From: Gnetum montanum
Taxonomy: Eukaryota > Plantae > Gnetophyta
Assembly (NCBI GenBank): GCA_015680685.1
Contig: MNCI01000556.1
Location: 1,251,931-1,315,930 of the forward strand
Reading direction: 5' to 3'
DNA length: 64,000 nucleotides
Shown: positions 1 to 12,468 of the stretch, piece by piece
Layout of the letters: each line of letters opens with the position of its first letter
Position numbering within the stretch: the first letter of the stretch is position 1
Notes under the pieces: model-generated
What the model saw: only the letters and a program-made list of their open reading frames with translations
The model's database searches: none
Told to the model about the DNA's origin: nothing
Position numbers and translations under genes: made by a program

Positions 1-2478
1 TGATCATTTTTCTTTGTCATTTTTGAACTAGGTGTTGGACACAATTTTGAGGCATCACTATTATAGCTTTCTAGATAGTTATAGTGGCTATAACCAATCT
101 AGGTAGCACCTAGGGATTAGGAAAAAACTACATTCATAAGTCTCTAGGAAACTTTCACATAGAGAAAGATATCTTTCGACTTGTGTAATGTCCCTGCAAC
201 ATTCTAATGCCTTATCTTCAACATCTTTCAATAGAAACTCAATAGTAGGATGCAAGTCTTCTTGAATGACTTCTCTATCTATGGGGCCATGTTTGAGTAA
301 GCCCTAGACTCTCTAGAGCAACTACTAAAAATATGTGTGGAGATAAACCTAAGGCTCAATTGGCAAAAGATCCACTTGATGATCCAATATGGCATTCTAC
401 TAGGGCATCAAATATAACAAAATGGGATTGAGATGGACCTTGAAAAAATAAAGGTCATCCAAGGAATAACCCAACAACGTAAAACTATCAAAGATGTAAG
501 GACATTCCTTAGACACACTAGCTTTTATTGTTACTTCATTGAAAACATTTCTAAGATTGCTAAACCATTGATCAAGCTAAGAGAAAAGGATGCTCCATTT
601 GTCTAGATGAAGGAATCTGAACATGCATTCCAACACCTTAAATAGAAGCTTATAGAAACACTAATCCTGAGGGTAGCTAATTGGTTAAGACCATTACATA
701 TTATGATGGACACATCTAATTATGCCTTAGGAGCTATGCTCACATAGATGGATTATTAAAAATAGCACTATTACATCCAATGTGTGAGTAAGAACATTAT
801 GGGTGCATAGCTAAACTACACCACCACTGAGAAAGAACTGATGAGAGTGGTGCATGCCTTAGAGAAATTCAAGCACTATGTGCTTGAATAGAAGGTGTTT
901 GTACATACGGACCATAATTCAATCAAGTTCCTAATGAATAAACCAGTGGTGAGCCCCCATGTCATATGATGACTAGTAATCTTGCAAGATCTTTACTTAA
1001 CCATGATGGATAGGAAAGAAACCAATAATGTGATAGCTATCTACTTATCTTGGTTACAATGGGATAACAAAGAGGAAGAGAGACCACTTTCAAATCAATT
1101 TGTAGAGGAAATTCTCTTTATTCAAGCTATTACTAAAAAATACCTTATGAAAAATAATTGGTACAATGGCATCGTCACCTACCTACTCACTCAATAAATG
1201 CCACAAGAGTGAAAAAAAAAGAATAAATATCAAGTTCTTTACAAGGCCAAATATTTCATGGAGATCAACAAAAATCTTTACAAGGTTTGCATCGATGGCT
1301 CACCATGATGGTATGTTCTTGATGATAATCAACTACATGTTCTCCAAGATGCACATGAAGGATCTTATGGGAACCAATATGATGGGGTAGAAATAGCCAT
1401 TAAAATCCTCATTACAAGGTATTACTAGCCTATACGCTTTAGGGATAATTATCACTGCATCTTCTCTCATGATTACTATTAATGTGATGGTATGATAACT
1501 ACTCATATGGATGAGTTCCAATAGTAGATCTAATCACTAGAGCCCTTTGACATTTGGAACATCAATTTCATGGGACCCATTACTCCCATGTCTAATGGAA
1601 ATGTGCATATAATCATAGTTGTTAACTACTATACAAAATGGGTAGAAGTTATAACCATCATTGACTACACATCCTCTATGGTGGCTTGGTTTATAAAACA
1701 TGTAGTAAATATGTTTGGGGTGTCATGTGCACTTATTTCTAATAATGGAAGTCATTTTACAAGTACCACTTTTTGGAAGCTCATGCAATGCTTAGGGGTT
1801 AAACATAAATTAGCAACTCCATACCTCCCCTAAGCCAATGGTCATAATAAAAATACTAACAACAACTATTAATAAATATATGAGGTATTAAAGCTTCAAA
1901 CTCAATGATGTCCTTTAGACCTATCATTCCACATGGAACTTCGTATTGACTACTCTCTCTATGAGCTTGTGTATTAAAATTACCAATACTTCCTATCCAA
2001 ATGGAACTCCATACACTTTCAATAGCTTATGAACTTAGATTAGACTAGAACGTAGCATAGAAAGAATGGTTAATTAATTTGAATTTGCTAGATGAGAATC
2101 AACTAGTGGTCCTATCATCTAACTAAGTGCACAAGGCCTATAACAAGCAATGATGTGACCTTAGGATTAGAAAGGTGAAATTTCAACCAAGAGATAAGGT
2201 TTTATACTAGAATCGCATGCATGTGCCACAATGAACTAAGTTTCAAACATTATGGAAGGAACCTTATATTATTTATGAAACCTTTTCATCTGGTGCCATG
2301 CTAATTTACAAACATGAAAGTCCAATCAAGAAGCTACTACTCAACATACAAAAACTCAAGCCCTTTCAAGAATCCAAGATAGCTAATGACCACAATACCT
2401 GAACAAATGAACAAGCACACTTGATTTCTTGTATCTCCTCCTTCCAATGTAGTTGTGGGGGAGATGGCCATCTATGCT
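1..2478 (+). pseudogene. pol remnant (RT, RNase H, integrase) of Athila-1
   Basis: DHFSL..FLDSYSGYNQ (RT); DTSNYALGAML..NYTTTEKEL (RH); HEGSYG zinc finger, NFMGP..VNYYTKWVE..ISNNGSHF, WKEPY (INT); many stops. Confidence 0.92.
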
Positions 2479-3884
2479 AAACCAATTAAAGTGGCTCAGA
2501 AGTTTTCATTTTTAATATTTTTTACCTTTTTTATTTTACACCATTCTTAGTATGTTTTTCTTTCTCAATAATTTTACATTGTTTTCTATATGTTACCTTA
2601 TTTGATTTCCATTTTTCTTATGATTTTCTTTTCTATCTTTATTTTCACCAAGACCTAGTGAGACAATAATTGCTAATTGATGGTGGCTTGTACTTTATAA
2701 TGTCATTTGATTAAAAATGTATGGGTTCTATCTTTGAATCTTGATGTTGATAATTAAGACATTGATTTTTTCATGATTAATAGATAGTGAGTCCATGTCA
2801 TCGACTGATCCACATAACTCTATGGTGTTCCCTTGTTTTGGAAATATTAGGTTCCTTATTAAAGGTAAATTATAATGAACTTGTGACCTTGGTAGTTTTC
2901 AAACTTGGGATGGATTAAATGGATTGACAAGGGTATGAATTCAAGAGGATTTGATACTTTTTGTACTTTCCTACCCTCTAAGATACATCAATATCTTCAT
3001 GGATCCTTTGTCATTCCTATGTTGACCACTAATTGAAAGCGAAGTCTTTTTCATGATGTGGATTCCATAAGAAAATAATAAAATGATGGAAATTTAAAGC
3101 ATATACCTTAGAAATAATAATGGGCTAAAAGAACTAGTTATGGGGCTAGAAAGACATGTTACCCATGCTTGAAGGCACCCTTGTAACTAAGGCCTTCTTC
3201 ACTTCCTTAGGAGATTGATCTATTAGGATAATCTTATTCCTTAGGAGATTGAATGATCTAAATGTATTAATGCAAGATCACTAGAAGTTGTTGGTCTTAA
3301 TTTGGACTAAGAATGGACATTATTAGGTCATATTAACCACATACTTCACAAGGGATTTCATGTGACCATGATAACAAAGTGCATTCCATACTCTCTCATT
3401 CATTTATGCTCTCCATCAACCACCTCACTACATTTTCTCATGATTGTTTCAATGTATTTTTTTAGATATGCTTAAATTTTTTTTGATGGATTACTTGATG
3501 ACTAAGTTCTCAACTAAACACAATCATTAATCAGCCATGGATCCAACGGACTCCTTAGTTTAAGAACATGCAAGAATAGTAAGGAAAAGAGCCTACTATG
3601 GGGAGGATCCACTTGCATACCCTTTGGTTGGGAAGGTTAACTTTCTTATCCCTTAGACATTTTTTCTTTCAACCCTTGTGATTTTCACATTGATTATGTC
3701 TAGCTTGCACTCCTTAACAAATATTCTCCAGATTAAATCTCTTGTTTTATGTTTATTCTTGGCCTCTTCAAGCATTCCATCATGTTGTTGGATTCTCTGG
3801 CTTTCTATGGACTTCAATATTATGTGAAAAAAATTTCTTATTTATTCATTTTTCAATGGTGAAAAATTTTGTCCACCCACTAGA

Positions 3885-3960
3885 TCAATGCGACTCCATC
3901 GATGTAGTTGGCTACATCGACACATCCTTGTCGATGTAGCATAAAAAGTCTATATATACT
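3885..3960 (+). promoter_or_regulatory. putative internal promoter of the Athila-1 accessory ORF
   Basis: TCGATGTAG/CTACATCGA motif cluster followed by TATATATA at 3951; related TCGATGTAT motif in the element's LTR. Confidence 0.4.
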
Positions 3961-4383
3961 GTGGACACTTAGCCACTTTTTTGTGATTTTATTTTAAATG
4001 AGAAAGGTGTTTTTGCTATTTTCAAAGCCTAAACAATTCTAGAGCCGATAATTTTCATACCAATTATCTGATTAATCCTATTTTTCATTCCTGCAGCTAC
4101 CAAAGGTGAATTTTACATTATGGAGGCCACAAATCTTAGGTTTTTAATGGAGACATTATTGAGATTTTTCTAACTCTCAAAAGGATTAACTAGTGAAATA
4201 ATATTAAAATGACTAACTCATGAGGTTTAAACGTTTTCAATAAAATCTAGTAGCTATCTAATTAAAATAATCAAGTTGTCATAATCACAACTTATCCTAA
4301 GTGTAACTAATCAAAGGAGAAAAGGTATCAAACTATCTAAGTGATACATCAAACACTAATCTTTGGCTACGTTATGATTGCAG

Positions 4384-7236
4384 ATGGTACCTAGATCAAG
4401 GGATAAATTCTCATAGGAGGAAGAATCATCCCAACCAAGGGAGAAGTGGCCTAGAGGAGAAAGAGGCCAATAGTAGCAACAACCCCAAGAGTAAAAAAAA
4501 AAAGACCCATGAAACAAGACCTCTTTGGAAGGAGCCCAAGGTGGAATCTATCCAATAGATTCCTAAGGCTAAGATCGAGCAATCACATTGAAATGAGGTG
4601 CCTAGGCCTAGACCAAACCATGAACTCACTTTGAAAAAATCTTGCCTTAAGAAAATTAATTTCAAGGAGATCATAGGTTTAGTTCTTCAAGAACTAAACT
4701 TTGGATGGTTCTTGGACTTGGTGCTACAAGAGGTAAAAATGAAATTGAAAACCTCTCCCATGTGCCCTATCCTCACTTTGAATGTGGAGTGGTATATGGA
4801 AGAGACATAACTCTTGTGGAACAACAGGCAAGCTAACACCATGGTGAAGATAAAGGACATTAGTGTGTCCTACTCTATGGAGGCCATTATTGAGGCCCTC
4901 AAGTTTTCAAATACTAAAATAATGTTGCTAGAATCAACACAAGTAGAACTAGAAGCAAAGAAAGAGTTGATCCAACGGTGCTATGGAGTTGACCACAAGG
5001 AATATGGTGCACTCACCAAGGTAGAGAGGACATACTTCAATATCATGACCTACCACCTCAATCAAATGGTTAGGCCATGCAAAATCATGGCCTTCTCTAC
5101 TTGATCATGTATTACTCTAAGTAGTAAATACCCTATAAATCTCCCACATATCATCTATCTAAAGAGTGAGAAGTGGGTCAAGAAGAACGAGCATAGAAGA
5201 AAGATACTCCCCTTCCTATGCCTTATTTTCAAATTATGAAAGAGATGAGGCATTGCCTACTATGCCAATGAAATCCTTCATCATGCCTCTACTACCTCTT
5301 CAACAAAGATGATGAACTATAAGATTCTCACCAAGCTATAAGAAGAGGAGCAACCACCACTATCATCCACTCATGAAACAATGTTGGAGGCTCATGCTAT
5401 CATTGAGCACATGCACAAGCTTCATGAACATCTCCTATAGTAGTAGCAAGAAAGGTTGAGTGCTAGTGAACCCTTAGTCTACTAGCCAGCCATGAGCCAT
5501 TTGAATGAATTGCCTAAAACCATCGACTAGCTAGAAGACCCCACACCACTATTTACTACCTAAAGAATGCAAGTCCTTGAAAGGTCAAATCCTAGTACTC
5601 AAGAAGTAATGATCTCTTTCTTAGGTTAACAATAATTTCTAAAAATCTCTAGGAATGTTGCTACTTTCTTGATATGCTTAGAGGAGGGCAAGGAGGCAAT
5701 TGTCTTGATGAAGTAATACCAAGGATTGAAAACAATGGTAATGGTGATGGCTAATTATGTACAAGATGCACTTAATGCTCCTACAGACTCTATGTGTGAT
5801 ATTGCTACACTTGTTGATGTATAGATGTCTATGGGAGTAATAAGTAGGAGACATAAGCATAGCCTAGCATTAGGAGTTGCTGGACTAATTGGTTGGACCT
5901 AGGCAACCACTTTTGGAGGTCTTTGACCTTCTAAATAACATCACTACAAACCAGTCAGCACTATTGGAGGCTAGGAAAAAACTTATTATTTCCAATGCCC
6001 AACTTGAGGTAGTCACATCTCAAAATCAATGATTGGCTACTAAAGTTGTAGAGTTGAGAGCTTACCTCACTGATCCCACCATGCTTAGCCAAGTTGTATG
6101 AAGCTTTTTTGTAGCCTGAACAAAAACTTTATGAGGCTGAGCATGTAAAGGAAATGGTAGTCTTTGACCAATCATTTACAAAAGTCACAACCCATCACAC
6201 TAAAAAGAACTTGTTGAAGATCTGTAAAGAAAATGTGGTTTTGACCTGGGATAAATACTACCTATGAAATTTTGAGACTCAAAAGGACCAAATGGTTGAA
6301 TTTTTATGACAAAAGTAGGAGTATCTTGCCAAGGAAACCATGTATTTGAGGAGGTTGCCTACTAATAATAGAAATCTCTTGATGAAGGAGATTCATGCCC
6401 TTTGCTAAAAAATAAGAATTGAGGTAGTTTCCTGGAAGAATGAGGACCTAAAATTTGAATGGATGAAAAATCATTACAAGGACCAGGTTGGATTCTTCAA
6501 GAACATGAATGAAAAGAAATTCAATTAGTAAAGGAAAAAGTCAACAAGGTTCTTTGGCAACTTCAATAAGGAGGTGATGTGTGGGAACCCATCTTTGATG
6601 AATGGATACAACATGACACAAATCTACTTAAAGGAGTTGAAATTTGAAGAGATAACCAAGTACATGGAGCTAGCCAACCTTTGATATGTGAACTTAGCAA
6701 TGCTAACTACTAGAAGGTTAAGGTTTGAACTTGAGAAACAAGTGGTCATCTTGTACCTCTTGTATGAGGTAGAGTTTAAGCATCATGAGGAAATGAAACA
6801 AAAGTTGGAAACAACTAATGTAGAACTTGAAGTTCTTCATGCACACTTCACAAACTAATGATCCATTGTAGAAAACATGTTCAAGAGAATAAATCACTAT
6901 GAGAAGCTAAAAAATACCTTCAAATCATTCAACATTGAATGTAAATAGTTCATTGTCTAGTTTTTCAATGTTAAGAAGTTGTTCTCAATCATGCCCTATC
7001 CATGGAATGTTCTCATATTGACCCATATTAGCGATGTTGCATGGACCATGTATGACCCTCAAAGAAATAAGGATAAGATGAAAGCTTTGTTAGATGCTTT
7101 TCATCTTTTAATAGTAGTAGTAACTACAAGAAGATAGCCATAATTGCCATAGCCTCAATGCTAACCACCATGTGTACCAAAGGTTTCAAAGGATCCTTTG
7201 GCACCTCATGAGCCTCCAACTCCTAGGACCATTTGA
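4384..7236 (+). pseudogene. Athila accessory ('env-like') ORF: N-terminal transposon-protein domain plus long coiled-coil, degenerate
   Basis: ATG directly after TGATTGCAG; colinear peptide similarity to 46702-49375 (SPMCPIL..WYMEET vs SPLWPIL..WYLGET; MELANL.YVNLAML vs MELENLRYANLSML). Confidence 0.75.
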
Positions 7237-7465
7237 TTTTCCTATCATCTTCAATCATCAAAGTGATTCCAACTATCCATTTTTGTAAAGGTGTTTAATT
7301 TTGTTTTACTAAGTACTTATTTTTGTAAACATTGTGAATTTGCACACTTAGTAATAGTTTGAGTTAGTTAGTCAGTCACTAGTTCCATACCTTTTCAAAT
7401 TTTGTAAGAAGCTTCTTCCTCCTTTTGTTTACTTGAGAATGATTTTTTCATTAGTTGAGAGGGTA

Positions 7466-8306
7466 TAATGAATCATTGTTTTGGTTATGTTGATGCAACC
7501 ACTTAAATGCATACCCATTGACACATGATTCGATGTATCAATGCATATACATCAAGGGAGTATTTATGTTTTCTTATATAAATGCATGCATCCATTACAT
7601 TTAGGGCATCGTTCATTTTAGTAGCATAGCAAAGTTCTTGTAATTTATTCCCTTAATGGTTAGAATAATTTTTAAGTATCCATAGTAGGAGTTGAGAACT
7701 ATACAGATCTTTATTTGAACATTGATGTACTTGGACACTTTAGTGTGAACGACAATAAAGATGAACTTCTTGATAAACCTTGTAGTAGTTGGAATTAGCA
7801 TAATGTTTACTTTAATGCACTTTACTATCATGAAATTTACATTCATGCATTTAATTAATTAGTTAAATATGAATAATTAATGCCCATAAGTATGACCATC
7901 TAAAGCATACATTAATGTTGGTAATCCTAGTAGTGCTTACACTAGGTAACCCAGTAGCATTGTGATGTGTTCATGATGTATATAGCATGTGGGACTAGAT
8001 GCTTATGTTAGGAATTAGTTAAGGCATTAGATAGTTTATTAGATTAATTAGCACTTAGTTAATTTTTTATGCTTAGCATAAAATAGATAAATAATATAAA
8101 ATTATACAAATCATGTGTCTTAGGTACACTTAACTATATGCTTGCAGTTACATAAGTCAAACTAAGAAGACAACAATCACGTCCTTAGATTTACCATCTT
8201 AGATTATGTACACTTAGACAACTAAAGTCTATGTAATTTGACAAGATCAAGAACTGAATTCTTGTGATTAGTATGGCTCAACATAGGGACTACTCGCTAT
8301 ACATCA
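7466..8306 (+). repeat. 3' LTR of Athila-1
   Basis: Starts TAATG (from TGATG) after the PPT and ends TAGGGACTACTCGCTATACATCA, like the end of LTR 41354-42196; ~840 bp. Confidence 0.8.
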
Positions 8307-8891
8307 TTGATTAAGAAAATTGTACAAGTTTTGAATAATAAGTTATTCCTAAGATATATTGATGTAGTGCTAGTTGTCCTTTTTGGAGACTTCAATGTGA
8401 AATTTGAAAGTAGTGCTTATCAATTATTAAAATATGGATGTGTAAAATAATCCTTAAAAGATAAACCTAATTTGAAAAATATGTTTCCATTAATTCAACA
8501 TGTAATTCCATTGGCTAGCACATATTCTACTTACTTTGAATCTTCAATAGATAAATGAGATCTTAGAATTTAGGAAGAGATGTTGTTGATGAATAGTACT
8601 CATCAAGAACCACTTTTTACTAATTTCTCTACCATGATTAATGAAGATGGATCAATAACACTCTTCATTAAGACCCTAGATTATATTTGGTATGATGTCT
8701 AATTCTTCCAAGTTACCATGTTACTAGAGTTAATTTTCAAATAAGAAGTTGAGAAGAAGCGAGGTTAGGCCTTATCATCCAAAACATGACCATTCAATCA
8801 TATACCACTTATGGTAGAATTGCAATTTCTTCCATTAATTCCTAAGGTTTCTCTCAATAAGGAAATATCCCAACCTTACTCTTATTTATGA
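8307..8891 (+). pseudogene. CCR4-like (EEP family) deadenylase, C-terminal fragment
   Basis: Single frame VVLFGDFN..SAYQLLKYG..HVIPLASTYS..EPLFTN..TLDYIWY..LLEL..PFNHIPLMVE matches plant CCR4 motifs; several in-frame stops. Confidence 0.82.
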
Positions 8892-9374
8892 ATTTCATAA
8901 TTTTATTTATTATTTAACTTATATTTTATTTGGATAAGTAAAATTTTTATGATAATGCAAGTTAAGAATAAAGATCTTCCCTACCTTCACTTGGATAACC
9001 AAATATGAGTAGCATAATGTATGGCCTTGGTTAAGACTAGTAATTGGTAGTTGGTAGACCTTTAATTCATCTCTTGTCATTATCTTAGAAAATGAGTTAA
9101 GTAATAATAAAGTAATATTTTAATTTTTATATATTTTTCTCTCATATATCTTGTTTATAGAATAAGCAAGAAATAACTTCAAGCCTAAAGAATAAATCAA
9201 ATTATTGGAGCTTAGGAGCATAAAAGGATCATTGAATCTAGATAAAGATAGCAAACATGAACTCATTCAAGATAGAACAAAACCTAAGGAGTGTAGATTG
9301 TATTGTTCTTGTTCCCAAGAGTTGTTTTTGCATACCAAAGATGGTGCCTCCTCATAATCAAATGTTATCATTAT

Positions 9375-9873
9375 CGTAACAAGACCCAAAATAAGAGTTG
9401 TAATTAAGACCTGAAAGGATGTGTTGTAATAATGGGCATGTCTCTCAAGGTTACCTTTGTGGGTTTGACCTAAGGTATTTATTCTTGGACTTAGAGGTTG
9501 TATCAATATAAAGTTGCAAAGCTAGTAAAAGGTAACTAATGGATTTTGGATGAAGAGGGACATGAAGATGACTAGTCATCCCTTTTGGCCAATTGTACAC
9601 CTAACCATGATTGTAGTGTTGGATTTCCTATAAGGGATATATTTCAAAGGAAGAAAATTGTAAAGAACATTCTCAAGGCATGATCCAAATATACTATTTT
9701 GCATCAATAAAGCATTCTTTCCTCTTTTCTTTTACATTTTCTTTGTTATTTTCTTTTTGCATAATGTTGAATGTTACATATATCTAATGTTTAGTATATT
9801 ATTTCCTTATGCATAATGTCTAATATACCATATATTTCGTGTTTGCCATGGCATCTAGGAATGGGATGTCACA
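9375..9873 (+). repeat. possible solo LTR
   Basis: Termini CGTAACAAGACCC...GGGATGTCACA, internal TATA-like and AATAAA; TSD not clean. Confidence 0.4.
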
Positions 9874-11399
9874 TTAGATGTAGAAGCTAACTATCTCTCA
9901 ATAACTATTCCAATCAAGTATTGAAGTATCATTAATAAGATTCACTTAAGTTTATATCATCTTAGAATTTAAAATGAAAGATTAATTTAACTCTTCTGAG
10001 AAGAACATATCTATTGATTGTGTAGGTTAAGAGCACTTATAGATGAGTTACATGTACTTTTGTTTTATATTGTGACTAGCCATTTAAAATAGTATTATAA
10101 TGTGATAGATTAACACTTGTATGATATGTTTTTATTGCTCCTATTGGTACTTAGTTAATTTGTAGAGTCTATCTTTACTTTTCATGAAAATGTAATATTT
10201 ATCCAATAGATACTATGAGTCTTCAGAAGTAATAATTATTTAGTTTTAGGTTTTATTAAATGATTCTATAATTTGTTAATGATAAGATAAGAAAAAAACA
10301 ATGTGTAAAAAAAATAGAGAGCAATATTAAGGCTTAAGCATATTCTAAGAAAATTTTCTAATAATATTGGTAGTCTAAGTTTCCACTAGCTAAAACAAAT
10401 TATTAACCTCTAGTAAAGCATTATCAACTTAAGAATTAACATGAAAAATAAGTTGAATAATGTTAATCTTTTAAAGTAGGGTGAATTTATTATGGATAAC
10501 TTTATGATTATGAAAAATATCATATTTAATTTTTTAAATAACATGTAAAATAGAAAGATGTAAGAACTTCTAGATAGAAAGAAATCCCTTAGAATCAAAA
10601 AGAGCATCTCTAAGAAGAGCTTCTTTCCAATTAGCAAAGAAATCATTAAGAATGATACAAGTCCAATTCCAAATATACATGGAAAAAATATAATCATCAA
10701 ATAATTGTATATCATACATTTATATTATGGCACATCCAACTACATGAAATGTCATCTAATAGGAAAGACCTTGCTGAGGAAGATCCCGCATAAAATATTT
10801 AATATTAGGAAAGCAATGAAGCTTTCAAAATATTTTAAATCTAGTATTATGATATTCCATTCTAAGATGTGTTGGAAAACATTAATTATATATTATATTC
10901 AATATTATACATATTAAGCATTATAGAGAGAATGTAAGATAAAATGAAAAGAAACTCTATACATAAGAACATTAGAATTGAATGAATGTATCTAGGTCAT
11001 GCTTAGGATTCATGAAATTTTGTTTCTTTGACATATATCCCTTAGAAGAAATCCAACACTACAACCATGGTTAGGCCTAAACTTGGAAAGAAGGGATAAT
11101 CAATGCCTTCCTTATCCTACTTCACTTAGCTTCCATTACTTGCTATTACTCACTCTATAACTACATGCTAGTATGCCCATTAAAGTTACTAGTATAAATA
11201 CCTTAGGTAAAATACTCAAAGGTTTTCTCAAGAGGTACATATATGATTATAATATTTCCTTTCATTAAGGGTCTTATAATAATACTTATACCTTGTAGTT
11301 ATGGAATTATACAAGTTAGAAATATAGATGTGATAAACAACCCTCCTTAGCCTTTTTTCATTCTCAAATAAGTTTGCATATGGATCTTTCATTACACTA

Positions 11400-11885
11400 T
11401 ATATATAAAAAAATATAAGTGAGAAAGATATCTAAGGAAAATAAATCTACCATGTTAATAACCTACATTAATTCTTCTAGTAAGAACAAGAGGTAAGATT
11501 ATATCAACTACCAATTACAAGCCTTAAGCAAAGTTACAATATGTGCATCTCATATTTTCTAGTTACCCAAGTGAAAGTAGAAAAAATCCTTATTCTTAAC
11601 TTGTCTCACTTAAGAATATTTTGTTTACCTAATTTCAAGACTAGAAATTAAATGAAGAAATAAAATAAGGGTTAAGAAGCTTCCTATTCTTTATTTATAT
11701 CTAGCGGCCAATGAATGTAGTTATAGTTCTTCCATAAAGAAAATATTGCAAGATGACAATGTTCTAGATGGTAAAGCTTGATCTTGCTCGTTCAATTCTT
11801 TTGTTGAAATTAACTTCAATAGTTTCATAACTTACAAAAACTAAATATCATACCAAATATAATTCAAGATCTTGAGAAAGAAGGA
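11400..11885 (-). pseudogene. second CCR4-like 3' fragment plus downstream sequence (inverted copy of ~8660-9150)
   Basis: Minus strand FLKILNYIWYD..LLKLI..QALPSR; downstream GTTAAGAATAA..TTCACTTGG..GTAATTGGTAGTTG shared with 8960-9055. Confidence 0.72.
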
Positions 11886-12468
11886 TGTTTATGGGTTTAA
11901 TTCTACTAGATAATGAGCTATAAAGGTATAATTTAACTATATATCTTGGGGTGTGCCAATTTCTTAATTATTTTAGATTCCAACATGCAAATAAACAAAG
12001 ATAAGGCTAAAAAATAAATATTTTGTTAGGATAAGAATAGTATAGTGAGAAGGTTTTATTATGTTGACCAAGTAACACATTTTTCATCTTAGCACCTATC
12101 CTAATTTATAGATATTAGTTTTGTTGAATAATGATAGACAGATATTAGTTACATTGACTAATGATATACCTTGAACATTTAGAAAGTTATTTAGAGATAC
12201 AATTACCTTTAAAATAGAATTATCATCAAGGATAGGGATGGATGGATTATCATCAAGGCTAGGTATGGATGGATTGGTGATCTCTAATGACTACCTAAAT
12301 CTAAAGCTAATGGCAGAGAACACAAAATAGGAAATCAACCTTAAATTAGTAGAGTTAATGTCCTACCAAGCAAGGAAACTAGGTTACTAAACAATGCTAT
12401 ATAAGATGGTTGGAGTTGAAATTAGAGCAAACAAGTGAAAAATAAGAAGAAAAAGTAGTGCAAAAAAC

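Larger units (their letters stand above)
1..8306 (+). mobile_element. Athila-type Ty3/Gypsy LTR retrotransposon (Athila-1), 5' part outside window, degenerate
   Basis: RT-RH-INT order, long post-pol region with an extra ORF, PPT-like AGTTGAGAGGGTA at 7453-7465, then an LTR resembling those of the other two Athila copies. Confidence 0.9.

Noticed and set aside
8307-8891. LINE endonuclease (GDFN..LDYI..H motifs)
   Set aside because: H.IPLASTYS and EPLFTN motifs are CCR4-type, and no RT follows the stop
10320-10920. Possible hAT/DUF4371 transposase fragment
   Set aside because: Only vague motif resemblance in very AT-rich DNA; cannot be supported without a search
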